Assembly (NCBI GenBank): GCA_018402195.1
Contig: JAGYIW010000005.1
Location: 1 to 62,664 of the forward strand
DNA length: 62,664 nucleotides
Source of the DNA: Gammaproteobacteria bacterium
Lineage (GTDB): Bacteria; Pseudomonadota; Gammaproteobacteria; M30B25
Direction: 5' to 3'
The notes under the pieces were generated by a model. The model was not told the origin of the DNA. It was given only the letters and a program-made list of their open reading frames with translations, and ran no database searches. Shown here in pieces: positions 10,682-19,701 of this stretch. Within the stretch, counting starts at the first letter, position 1, and the number at the start of each line of letters is the position of its first letter. Position numbers and translations under genes: made by a program.

Positions 10682-12375
10682 ATGGACACAACAAAAGACG
10701 AGCAAGCCAGGTATGAGATAGCAGAAGCTGATGTACGGATACACCTGGATGAGGAATTAGAAAGGAGAATTTGGCAAGGTATTTAGAAGGGACGTGGTTA
10801 GGTGGATGAAGTAGCACTAAAGGTATTGCTGAAACGAATGGAAGGGGAAGAGGAGCAAGCGTTTCGCCATGAACTTGAAGTGATGTTGGGTTTGCAGGGA
10901 TGTCCAAGGCTGGTAAGGCTGCTGGGTGCAGTGTGTTGGAAGGGCCAAATCATGATGGTGATGGAGTTGATGCTATGGGCAAATTTCTACACAGCTTGTT
11001 GCGCAAGGAAAAGGATCTAGATTGGGACACCAAGTACCGAATAGCGTTGGATGTATGTATGGAATAAAGCATTGCATGACAATAACATCTTACACCGAGA
11101 TTTGAAAAGCATGAATGTGCTTCTGGACAAAGAGGGCCGAGCGAAGATAGGAGATTTTGGTCTGGCTAAGGTAAAGAGTGCAGGTAAGAGTCATGCGACG
11201 ACGATGGATTCAAGCGTAGGGACATTGTTATGGATGGCACCTGAATTATTTAACTTAGAGGTGCGTTTTTCAAATGCATCAGATATCTACGCATTGGGCA
11301 TGGTGTTGTATGAAATTATGACCCACAAAACACCTTTTGAGATAGAACTACAGGGTAGACATCCAGGCATAATAATTCCCCTTATCACAAAGGGAGACAG
11401 GCCAAGCATGTCTAATATTGGTCCACGAGATTACAAGGCGTTGATAGAAAGTTGCTGGCACCAAGTGTCCGTATCAAGGCCAATGGCCAGTGACGTGATA
11501 GCAAGTCTAGAACCGTTGTGGCGATTGGAACAGGTATCACCACCGAAGGCTACACCAAGGGTGTTTAAGCCTAAAGCATCGAAGCCAGAATTGGATCAAA
11601 AGCTGGTGAATCGATTTGTTCAGCATGTGGCGTATGGAGAGCAGGATGAAGCCGAGGCGATGTTGCAGCGTGAACCTAAGTTAGTCTGTAGGGCAAAGTT
11701 AAGGATTGTATGACCATGTACAGAAAAAGAGCTGTAAGGGCATCATAGTTTCATTATAAAGGTGGGGCAGGGATTGGCGTGGCATGGGAGATGATAAGGG
11801 TTTATTTGGATAAGGAGATCCCGAATCAGCAGCGATACAATGCCAAGCCCAGGAAAGCCTGACAAGTGATCAAGGCCATGGCGCGCATTTTTCCTTTGAG
11901 CCATTGATGGCGGCCTACCAGACCTACCTAGACCGATTTGATGCTTTGTGCAAAGTGCACTGTAGTGAGCTACCTGATTATGGATCCATGGTATAGGAGG
12001 AGCGCAGCGAGAGGCTAGGCGCACGTAGCGCAGGAGTATTGTCATCCGGACAGGGGATTTGATCCAGTACCAGATTTTCGCCAGAAGCCCTTCCGCGGCA
12101 ACCAGCGCTGGAAATAAGGGAGACTGCGGAGTGCAAGCTACAATGGAGGAGGCTTAGGAGGGAAGCTGGGTGAGGTGGGCACGGTGTCTGATTTTCGTGG
12201 TGGCGCGGTGCGGTGGCCTGGGCGCGTCTTGGCTGGCACTGCCTATGGGCGCGCTGGCTGCGGACGTCGCCGTTGCGCGGGGGACCAGCCGGCAGTGACT
12301 AAGTGAAGGTGTAAGGACCGTACGTCGCAGCTTAATGCGACCCGTCGAGAGTTGTCAACATTAGCACCTATGCCT
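10682..12375 (+). pseudogene. Eukaryotic-like Ser/Thr (TKL-type) protein kinase effector-like gene, multiply frameshifted
   Basis: ATG 10682 is preceded by an AGGAG RBS. Kinase subdomains occur in order but in different frames: ELERRIWQG (G-loop region), VALKVL, MGKFLHSLLRKEKDLDWDTKYRIALDV, then HRDLKSMNVLL, DFGLAK and GTLLWMAPE (ORF 11051..11713). After 11713 the reading continues through further shifts (VQHVAYGEQDEAEAML, GIGGAQRE, AHVAQEYCHPDRGFDPVPDF, ..RTSQLNATRRELS) to about 12375. Confidence 0.8.
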
Positions 12376-12585
12376 CGGCATGGGGTCAGTCAAGCGATAA
12401 GCAGCCCCCTGCCAACCCAGGCGTGTTGAGGTGAGTGCCTCGAAGCATAGGCAGTCCACGCACGCAGCATAGTGCAGATGTTGATTTGACGACAGGAGGT
12501 ACGAACCCACCAACGTGCCCAACGTATAAGGTATTGCTGAATTATTGCCGGATGGACGGCATCTGTGTTCAAAGCAATAACCTTA

Positions 12586-13554
12586 TCAAGGGCTCTGCGA
12601 CAGGCAATGGGACAAAAATTCTGTCGCCCATGGTTTTTTACTTTCTGGGGTTTGCGCCACCAGAAAGTTGACGCCTAGGAAGTGAAAGACCGAGGCATCA
12701 TCCCCAAAAGGATTGTTGTTTGTGTTATTTTCTGTGTTGATTTGTGAGTGTTGAGTATTGTGTTGAGCTGTGACACATTTACCCATTTTGGTTTTATGTT
12801 GAGAAAGAGAGAGCTTAAGTGCTTTGAGATGTAGATGAAGCTTTTTCTTAGCGTTTAAGTATTGCCTCCTGGTCTTGGCAAGTATGACGATATCGTCCAT
12901 GTATCGCACGTAGAAGATGCCCTTTTGCTTTTCAAAGGCTCTGTCTAGAGGAGACAGATAGAGTGCGCCGAAGAAAGGTGAGATAGAGCTTCTTCTAGGA
13001 ATACCTTTGTTAGAATGTCGGAGTATGCCATCATCATCGGTTAATGCAGTGACGAAAGCAGAGAAGTAATACCTTACCTTAGGATCTTGGTATTGCTCGA
13101 ATAGCTGATCTAAGAGGATCTGATGGTCAATATTGGCATAGTAGCCTTTGATATCGGCTCTGATAAAGTAATGATAGTCGTTTGTATTAAGGGCTTTTTG
13201 TACTTGATCGATGGCGTGCTTGACGCCATCAGGCCCTTTGAGGTGCAAGCAAAGGGGCGAAATAACGTATTTAAAGGTGGGTTTGATGATGGTTAAGATG
13301 AGTCTAATGATTAAACGATCAGTATAAGTCCAAACGAGAAGGCAATCATCGGTAAAGCAATATTTTCGTAAAGGCTCAGGGCGATATTTTCCCTGAATGA
13401 AATCCTTAACAAGGTCTGAAGATATTTTGGTCCACTCAAAGTAGAAGAGCCAAAACAGGGAGTTTTCTCCTTTTGAAGCGTAGCGACGAAACCAAGTTGC
13501 AACAATGGTATTGGCTTGAGCCATTAAGTGTGCGTGATGCCAGAGCTTGTTCAT
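12586..13554 (-). CDS. Reverse transcriptase (RVT_1-type, compact, unclassified). The C-terminus probably continues to 12390 after a +1 frameshift.
   Basis: RT motifs in order: YRPEPLRKY, DRLIIRLIL, IRADIKGYYANIDH, GIPRRSSISPFFGALYL, YVRYMDDIVILA (YxDD), LSLSQHKTKMG, FHFLGVNF. The adjacent frame is open over 12674..12390 (..ALDKVIALN..IIQQYLIRWARWWV..), and the overlap contains an A6 run at 12634-12639. Confidence 0.85.
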   Translation of the reverse strand: MNKLWHHAHLMAQANTIVATWFRRYASKGENSLFWLFYFEWTKISSDLVKDFIQGKYRPEPLRKYCFTDDCLLVWTYTDRLIIRLILTIIKPTFKYVISPLCLHLKGPDGVKHAIDQVQKALNTNDYHYFIRADIKGYYANIDHQILLDQLFEQYQDPKVRYYFSAFVTALTDDDGILRHSNKGIPRRSSISPFFGALYLSPLDRAFEKQKGIFYVRYMDDIVILAKTRRQYLNAKKKLHLHLKALKLSLSQHKTKMGKCVTAQHNTQHSQINTENNTNNNPFGDDASVFHFLGVNFLVAQTPESKKPWATEFLSHCLSQSP

Positions 13555-13676
13555 ATAACTTCACACTAAGTTAATACAGCTGAAATATTTGTTTTATGAT
13601 TTTACGATCAGCTGTTGAGTCTCATGAGTTCTAACTGAGTATAACAGGGAACAATGGGCTTTAAAAAGACTAAGAT

Positions 13677-14019
13677 GAGAAAAAGGATACTACCCCCACT
13701 TACCAGTTTGTAATGGCCCCATTAAAACCGGTCCACTTTGAATTTATTTTTTTGGAGGAAATAATATGGTGGATGGTGAAGTTATTAAACAATCAGTGCT
13801 GAGAAGAAGATTCACAGCAGAGCAGAAACTTACAATCATACTGGAGTTGCCCCCTAAAACCGATCTACATCTTTACACAGCTAGACAAGGAGGCTAAGAC
13901 AATGAAGCGGGAAGAAATGGGCAAAGACTGAAGTTTAAATTAGTTTTAGAGGGTTTACAGGGAGATGCGCCTATATTGCACAGAACATTTGGGCAGAGTA
14001 GCTTCACCGAGAATTGCTG
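13677..14019 (-). mobile_element. MITE-family copy D (homologous to 5089-5296 of copy A, inverted) with an extra ~150-bp insert
   Basis: 13969-14019 is the TIR in reverse orientation. 13870-13968 and 13677-13712 align with the reverse complement of 5140-5232 and 5262-5296. The extra segment carries a 43-codon ORF (13766..13897, GGAGG RBS) MVDGEVIKQSVLRRRFTAEQKLTIILEL.., reminiscent of an IS3-family OrfA N-terminus. Confidence 0.75.
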
Positions 14020-14364
14020 TGATTTTGCGAAGCTGGTTGAAAAGTATGTGGTTGAAGAGATAGAATTAAACCTGGGTTGCAACGCGATACTTGAAAGAGT
14101 AATGCGCTTTAAGGGATAAAAGGAGGAGAGAAGGCATGCCAACATTAGCAGATTTATTTAGGAGTGGGGAGAAAAGAGGGCTTTGAAAAAGGGAAGGAAT
14201 TCGGTACTTTAGAAGGAATACAAGCTGGCAAAGAAGAAGGCAAAAAAGAAGGAGAAATTCTTGGCTTGCGCAAAGGCCATGATTTGGCAGTCCAGCATAT
14301 CATTGCAAATATGATCCGGCAGGGATTGGATGCAGAAACCATAGAAAAATATGTGCAATGTTGA
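14020..14364 (+). pseudogene. Rpn/YhgA-like nuclease, 3' part (C-terminal EGxxxG repeat / helix-turn-helix-like tail)
   Basis: MPTLADLFRSGEKRG (one frame) is followed by ORF 14164..14364, GRKEGFEKGKEFGTLEGIQAGKEEGKKEGEILG...IIANMIRQGLDAETIEKY. This is the typical C-terminal module of the family, and it resumes immediately after the TIR end at 14019. Confidence 0.55.
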
Positions 14365-14506
14365 AATCAGCTTGCTGCAAGTAGAAAAGGTGTGCCAGCA
14401 ATTTGTCTTGGTAACCTTATACCCTTGCAAAGTGGCACGGTTATTTGTGGGAACTGGCAAAATTGAGAGAGACATATAAAACCCAAATTTTCTTAGGCAA
14501 ACACCC

Positions 14507-16045
14507 ATGATATCACCAACACTTCTGATTATTCTTGATGGCTGGGGCTACAGCAAAATCCTAGAAAACAATGCTATCGCCATGGCTAACACCCCCGTTT
14601 ATGACAAGCTTGTTGCCGATTGCCCTATGGCCTTGCTTGAGGCCAGTGGCGAATCGGTTGGCCTGCCATCCGGGCAAATGGGCAACTCTGAAGTCGGACA
14701 CATACACATTGGTGCCGGTAGACAAGTACCGCAAAGCCTGTTAAAAATTAATCAAACGATAGCCTCTGATAAACTTGCTGACAACCATGTAATTAAAGCC
14801 ATGCTTGGTGACTGTCAAAAAACCTTACACTTAATTGGCTTACTGTCTCCTGGGGGAGTTCATAGCCATGAAGAGCACTTGTTTGCCCTGCTCAGCTTGG
14901 CTGCTCAGCAAGGAGTCCAGCGCATTGCTGTTCATGCCATTCTTGATGGCAGGGATACAGCCCCACAATCTGCTTTGGCTTCGCTTCAAGCCTGCCAGCA
15001 ACATTTGGACGAACTGACAGCTAATCATGGTGTCCAATCAGCACAGATTGCCACAATCTGCGGGCGTTACTACGCCATGGATCGTGATAGTCGCTGGGAT
15101 CGAACCGCCGTGGCGTATGACTTGTATACCCAACCATCCTGGCCTCAGATTGCTGAGCATGCCTTTGCTGGACTGGAACAGGCTTATGCCAATGGCCTTA
15201 CAGATGAATTTGTTCAACCAACCAGAACTGCTGACACCATGATTGTTGAGGGCGACTCTGTCATCATGGTGAATTTTCGCGCTGACCGCATGCGACAATT
15301 GACAAAAGCACTAAGCTTGCCCAACTTTGATGCCTTTGCCCGCCAACATCATCCCCGTTGTCATATCACCACCATGACCTCTTACCAAGACGACTTGCCA
15401 GTTCAAGTGATTTTTCCACACCCCCACTTAACCGATACTTTGGGCGAATGCCTTGCCAAACACGGCCTCAAGCAATGTCGCATTGCAGAAACCGAAAAAT
15501 TTGCCCATGTGACTTATTTCTTGAATGGCGGCAGTGAATCTGTTTTTGATGGGGAAGATAGAATACTTATTCCTTCTGATAAAAGCGTAGCCACCTACGA
15601 CCAAGCACCTGCCATGAAAGCCAAGCCAATTACCGAAGCAATAATAAAAGCCATCCAGGCCCGAAATCATCACGTGATAATCTGTAATTTTGCCAATGCA
15701 GACATGGTGGGCCACACGGGTAACCTTGAAGCTACCATTCAAGCCATAGAGACCATTGATGCTAGCTTAGGTATCGTGCTAACTTGCCTTGAGCAACATC
15801 AAGGGCAAGCGCTTATCACTGCCGACCATGGCAATGCAGAGGCCATGTACAACCCGGACAAAGCCCAAGCTCATACTGCCCATACAACGAACCCTGTTCC
15901 CTTAATTTATGTTGGCCCTAAAGCCTTATGTACTACCACTGGAGCCTTATCCGACATTGCCCCCACACTGTTACAAGGTGTAGGCATTACCCAACCTGAT
16001 GCCATGACTGGTCAAAGTCTTATTCAACCAAAAAGTTTGCCCTGA
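14507..16045 (+). CDS. gpmI: 2,3-bisphosphoglycerate-independent phosphoglycerate mutase
   Basis: 512 aa. LIILDGWG, GNSEVGH, the catalytic Ser region and ITADHGNAE motifs. Confidence 0.95.
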   Translation: MISPTLLIILDGWGYSKILENNAIAMANTPVYDKLVADCPMALLEASGESVGLPSGQMGNSEVGHIHIGAGRQVPQSLLKINQTIASDKLADNHVIKAMLGDCQKTLHLIGLLSPGGVHSHEEHLFALLSLAAQQGVQRIAVHAILDGRDTAPQSALASLQACQQHLDELTANHGVQSAQIATICGRYYAMDRDSRWDRTAVAYDLYTQPSWPQIAEHAFAGLEQAYANGLTDEFVQPTRTADTMIVEGDSVIMVNFRADRMRQLTKALSLPNFDAFARQHHPRCHITTMTSYQDDLPVQVIFPHPHLTDTLGECLAKHGLKQCRIAETEKFAHVTYFLNGGSESVFDGEDRILIPSDKSVATYDQAPAMKAKPITEAIIKAIQARNHHVIICNFANADMVGHTGNLEATIQAIETIDASLGIVLTCLEQHQGQALITADHGNAEAMYNPDKAQAHTAHTTNPVPLIYVGPKALCTTTGALSDIAPTLLQGVGITQPDAMTGQSLIQPKSLP

Positions 16046-16202
16046 TTGTTACCACTTATGGCTTAGATGCCTATGGCAGCAACTGACGAACTGGTTTGGC
16101 ACTGTAAGTTCTCTAAAATCTGAAGCCAAAGCCGTATCTTTATGAAATTTGCATGTTACAATGGGACTTTACGTTACCCATAATAGTTGCTATAACCTCG
16201 AG

Positions 16203-17288
16203 ATGCCTAGGACCAACATCCTGTTTTTTCTTTGTCTTGCCGTAGCTGTGCAAGCTTTGGCGAGCTCACCTAACAAAGATATTGATAAACTCAAAGCCAC
16301 CATTGTTGCGCAAAAACAAAAGCGTCATAATATCGAAAAAGCCTTTAAGCAGGCAGATGAGTTGGTGAACCAACTTAATCATAACCTAAAGCACACACAT
16401 ACAAAACTCAAACAACAACACACATCTATTCAGCACCTAGACGCACAAAAAACCATCTTACAAGAACAACTCAAAAACCAGCAAGCCATCCTATCCCAAG
16501 CGCTGATACAGGCATATAAGGTACGGAAAAATCCAACCATTCAAATGATTATCAATGACCAAGACCCTGAAAAGATCAACCGCATGCTGCATTATTATGG
16601 TTCTCTCAATGACAAACATATCCATGCCATCACCGCGTTAAAACAAACCTTAGATAACCTACAATCTACGGCTGAACAAATGAAAGCCTACCAAGAAGCC
16701 TTGCAGCAAACGCTGAATGAACAACGCAAACAGCAAAAGCACCTCAGTCACACCCGGGCGAAAAAAACCAGCATACTTAATTCCCTTGAAGCATCTATCC
16801 AATCAAAACAGCAAACACTGCATAAGCTTCAAGAGGACAAACAAGAACTAGACAGCATTGTTAAAACGCTGAAAAAGAAAGCTGTGAGCAACACCTTCAC
16901 CGCCCACAGCCTCCGTTGGCCTACTCGTGGCAAAATTGTCCAGCATTTTGGTAAATCCATACAAAAAAGTGAGCTCAAAACCCATGGAATTGTTATCCAA
17001 AGTCGTGAAGGCACTCCCGTTCATGCCGTAGCTGATGGTAAAGTTATCTTTGCCAAATGGATGTCAGGCTTTGGGCTACTGATGATTGTTGAGCATGATA
17101 ATGGCTACTTAAGCTTATATGGACGTAACGATAGCTTAGATGCTGAGGTGAATGACCTTGTGAAGGCAGGCGACCAAATTGCCAGTGTCGGACATAGTGG
17201 TGCTTTCAGTGAATCTGGGTTATACTTTGCGATCAGACAAGGAGACAAACCAGTAGACCCTGAAAATTTGCTGGCTAGGTCTGGTTAA
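16203..17288 (+). CDS. envC: Murein hydrolase activator EnvC-like (coiled coil + LytM/M23 domain)
   Basis: Signal peptide MPRTNILFFLCLAVAVQALA, a long Q/K-rich coiled coil, and a C-terminal M23 fold (GIVIQSREGTPVHAVADGKVIFA..GFGLLMIVEHDNGYLSLYG). Follows gpmI as in enterobacteria. Confidence 0.88.
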   Translation: MPRTNILFFLCLAVAVQALASSPNKDIDKLKATIVAQKQKRHNIEKAFKQADELVNQLNHNLKHTHTKLKQQHTSIQHLDAQKTILQEQLKNQQAILSQALIQAYKVRKNPTIQMIINDQDPEKINRMLHYYGSLNDKHIHAITALKQTLDNLQSTAEQMKAYQEALQQTLNEQRKQQKHLSHTRAKKTSILNSLEASIQSKQQTLHKLQEDKQELDSIVKTLKKKAVSNTFTAHSLRWPTRGKIVQHFGKSIQKSELKTHGIVIQSREGTPVHAVADGKVIFAKWMSGFGLLMIVEHDNGYLSLYGRNDSLDAEVNDLVKAGDQIASVGHSGAFSESGLYFAIRQGDKPVDPENLLARSG

Positions 17289-17316
17289 GGTTCACTAACG
17301 ATAAAGGAATATCATC

Positions 17317-18660
17317 GTGCGCAATGTTCTTCCGTTCAAAACTTTTTTGCAACAATCCCTCTTAGCTTCGACTCTACTCTTTAGCATATCTACCTGGGCA
17401 GCACAACCGGCCAATGCCCCACTGGGTCAGGATGAACTGGCTATTGATGTTGATGATATCCACCACTTCATCTCGACTTTGGCCATCGTCAAGCACCACT
17501 ATTTGCAGGAAGTATCCACAAAAGAATTGATCAATCAAGCCATTGCAGGCATGGTTGGCAGCTTAGACCCTCACTCAAACTACATGAATGAACAATTTTT
17601 TGAGCAGCTACAAAATAGCATCAACGGTGAATTTAGTGGCATTGGTGTTGAAATTATTCAAGAAAAAGGATTAATCAAAGTCATTTCTCCTATTGAGGAT
17701 GGCCCAGCAGCCTTGCGGGCATCAAGCTGTTGAAACCTGATCATACGCATCCCGGTGGTCCTTGGTCACAGATATTGGCATCGACAAGGCTTTGCATAAA
17801 ATACGCAGCCAAACGCGGCTCACTGGTAAAGCTCACTGTACTGAGAAAAGCCTGAAAAAACCTGTATTTCCTGTAAAAGGGATACTATTAAAGTCAAAAG
17901 TGTCAAATCTGCGCTTTATGACAACAAATATGGCTATGTACTTTTGTCCTTCAAAGCAACGGCAAACAAGCAGTGATGGATGCTATTGCCAAACTGCATC
18001 AACCAAGCAAACGCCCTCTTGAAGGACTTATCTTTGACCTCCGAAATAATCTGGCGGACTGGAATGTAGCCCGTAGAGATCATGACCTTTACCAAGACAG
18101 AAAACCTTAAGAACAACAAATTGATTGTATTTACCAAGGGCAAGCACCCTGAAAGCTCTTTGAGTGCTTCTGCTACTGAGGAAATCATGGCTGGCGTACC
18201 TATTGTTATCCTGATGAACCAAAGGGGCTCCGCCTCAGCCTCTGAAATTGTGGCTGGTGCCTTACAAGATCACAAACGCGCCATTATTGTAGGCAAACGC
18301 AGCTTTGGTAAGGGTTCTGTGCAAACCATTATTCCTACGATTAATGGCACTGGGGCTATCAAGCTTACTACTGCGCTTTACTACACACCTTCTGGACGAT
18401 CTATCCAGGCCAAAGGGATTACCCCAGACTTGGTAGTGTCAGACATTCGACTCTCGGATCAAAAAACTGAGGCTGTGGCCTTTTTACCTGTTTCTGAGAA
18501 GGACCTGAAAGGTCATCTGAAGGCTCCTGGACAATCTCAGCAACCCACAAAAGCAAGTAAAGAAGACTTATCCTTAGCGAAAAAAGACTATCAACTCTAT
18601 CAGGCGTTGAACTTACTAAAAGGACTTTCTGTGCTTGCTGGAATGCAATCGTCTGATTAA
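17317..18660 (+). pseudogene. ctpA: Carboxy-terminal processing (S41, tail-specific) protease, multiply frameshifted
   Basis: The N-terminal fragment 17317..17733 has a signal peptide and the PDZ start GEFSGIGVEI. The C-terminal fragment 18082..18660 has GSASASEIVAGALQDHKRAIIVGKRSFGKGSVQ. The middle peptides LVKLTVLRK, VMDAIAKLHQPSKRPLEGLIFDLRNN and SGGLE lie in other frames, which requires at least 4 shifts. Confidence 0.85.
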
Positions 18661-18709
18661 CAGACCTACTTCCCACCTGTAGCTACAAGCGTTTTATGGT
18701 TCAAAAGCG

Positions 18710-19219
18710 TTAATTGATTTTGTCTTTTAAAGCAGAAGCTATGCGCATAATTTGCGCCAAGGGTAGTCCTGTGATGCTGGCTGCAGAAGCAGGCCTAAAG
18801 CCGTGCATTAGCATGCGCTCCACCATTAGTGAGAGAGTTTCTCGCTCGCTTTCCATGGCGCCTTCGTACCGGCCTACCTTAAGTCCTTCTTTTATGCCCT
18901 CCTTGATACCTTCATTGATGCCTTTAGCCATGGCTTCTTTTTGCATGGCTTTGCATTTTTCTTTCAACCAACCTGTCTGTTCTGTCAATGATTTTTCTGC
19001 CTCTAGACAGCTCATTTCTAGCATTTTTTTGGCCAACTCGATGACTTTATGATCCAAGTCAGATGCTAACTTGGCATCATGTTTAAAAGACGTATCGCCA
19101 CTGCAATCAGCATTCTCCACACCTGGGCCGGGTACGCCAGACCCCCTATTTTCAGTGGCATTACGTTGGTTATCAACGCTTACCTTGGCTGGATTATTGT
19201 CAGATTGATTGTCATTCAT
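18710..19219 (-). CDS. Hypothetical protein with a disordered N-terminus, a coiled coil, and an Rpn-C-terminal-like (KEGxxxG repeats + HTH-like) module
   Basis: 169 aa. The C-terminus GINEGIKEGIKEGLKVGRYEG...MVERMLMHGFRPASAASITGLPLAQIMRIA resembles the tail of the Rpn remnant at 14164..14364. Confidence 0.6.
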   Translation of the reverse strand: MNDNQSDNNPAKVSVDNQRNATENRGSGVPGPGVENADCSGDTSFKHDAKLASDLDHKVIELAKKMLEMSCLEAEKSLTEQTGWLKEKCKAMQKEAMAKGINEGIKEGIKEGLKVGRYEGAMESERETLSLMVERMLMHGFRPASAASITGLPLAQIMRIASALKDKIN

Positions 19220-19366
19220 AGAGAATTCCTTTCAGAGTACATATGAAAAATACCGTATGGGTTTTTCATCCGCAAGGAAATTATGCAATCAATTATAAAA
19301 TAAATTTCTTGATTATATTTTTTAGCAATTTTACAATAAGATACATCAAGCACAGAGAGAGACAGA

Positions 19367-19636
19367 ATGTTATCACCCGCGCAGCGCAAAAAGTATAAAC
19401 AACAGGCGCATCACTTAAAGCCTGTTATTATGATTGGCCAGGCAGGCCTTACCGATCAAGTACATCAAGCCATTGATGAAGCGCTCGATGTCCATGAGCT
19501 TTTGAAAATCAAAATGCCTGCCATGGACTCTGCACACAAGAAGCTATGCGCTGAAAGCATCTGTGCCCACCACCAGGCTGAACACATCCAAACCATTGGC
19601 CGAACCCTGACTGTTTATCGGAAAAAACCATGCTGA
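19367..19636 (+). CDS. yhbY: Ribosome assembly RNA-binding protein YhbY (CRS1/YhbY domain)
   Basis: 89 aa. LSPAQRKKYKQQAHHLKPVIMIGQAGLTDQV..EALDVHELLKIKM matches the YhbY pattern. Confidence 0.88.
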   Translation: MLSPAQRKKYKQQAHHLKPVIMIGQAGLTDQVHQAIDEALDVHELLKIKMPAMDSAHKKLCAESICAHHQAEHIQTIGRTLTVYRKKPC

Positions 19637-19701
19637 TCTTCAGTAAAAGGCATTTGTAACATCAAATCTGCCACATAGCTAACTCTTCAAGAACCATGCT
19701 G

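Noticed and set aside
12040-12390. A GC-rich, apparently ORF-free stretch directly downstream of the reverse transcriptase. I considered an RT-associated structured ncRNA, a DGR template/variable repeat (the region is A-poor), or group II intron domains V/VI (hairpin GGACCGTACGTCGCA..TGCGAC at 12316-12345).
   Set aside because: Read in shifting plus-strand frames, it encodes a coherent continuation of the kinase-effector gene (GIGGAQRE, AHVAQEYCHPDRGFDPVPDF, ..RTSQLNATRRELS). No second copy (TR/VR pair) is visible in the window. The hairpin does not fold into a canonical 34-nt domain V with its bulge. It is also on the far side of the RT C-terminal extension.
12600-12674. Programmed ribosomal frameshift at the A6 run (AGT AAA AAA CCA) joining the two RT reading frames.
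   Set aside because: The required shift is +1, not the -1 expected on an A-rich slippery heptamer, and no downstream stimulatory structure is evident. A 1-nt indel or a homopolymer sequencing error is the simpler explanation.
16097-16113. TGGCAC-N5-GTTCT upstream of envC, as a possible sigma-54 promoter.
   Set aside because: The -12 element does not match TTGC(A/T), and there is no enhancer-binding context. It is probably a chance match.
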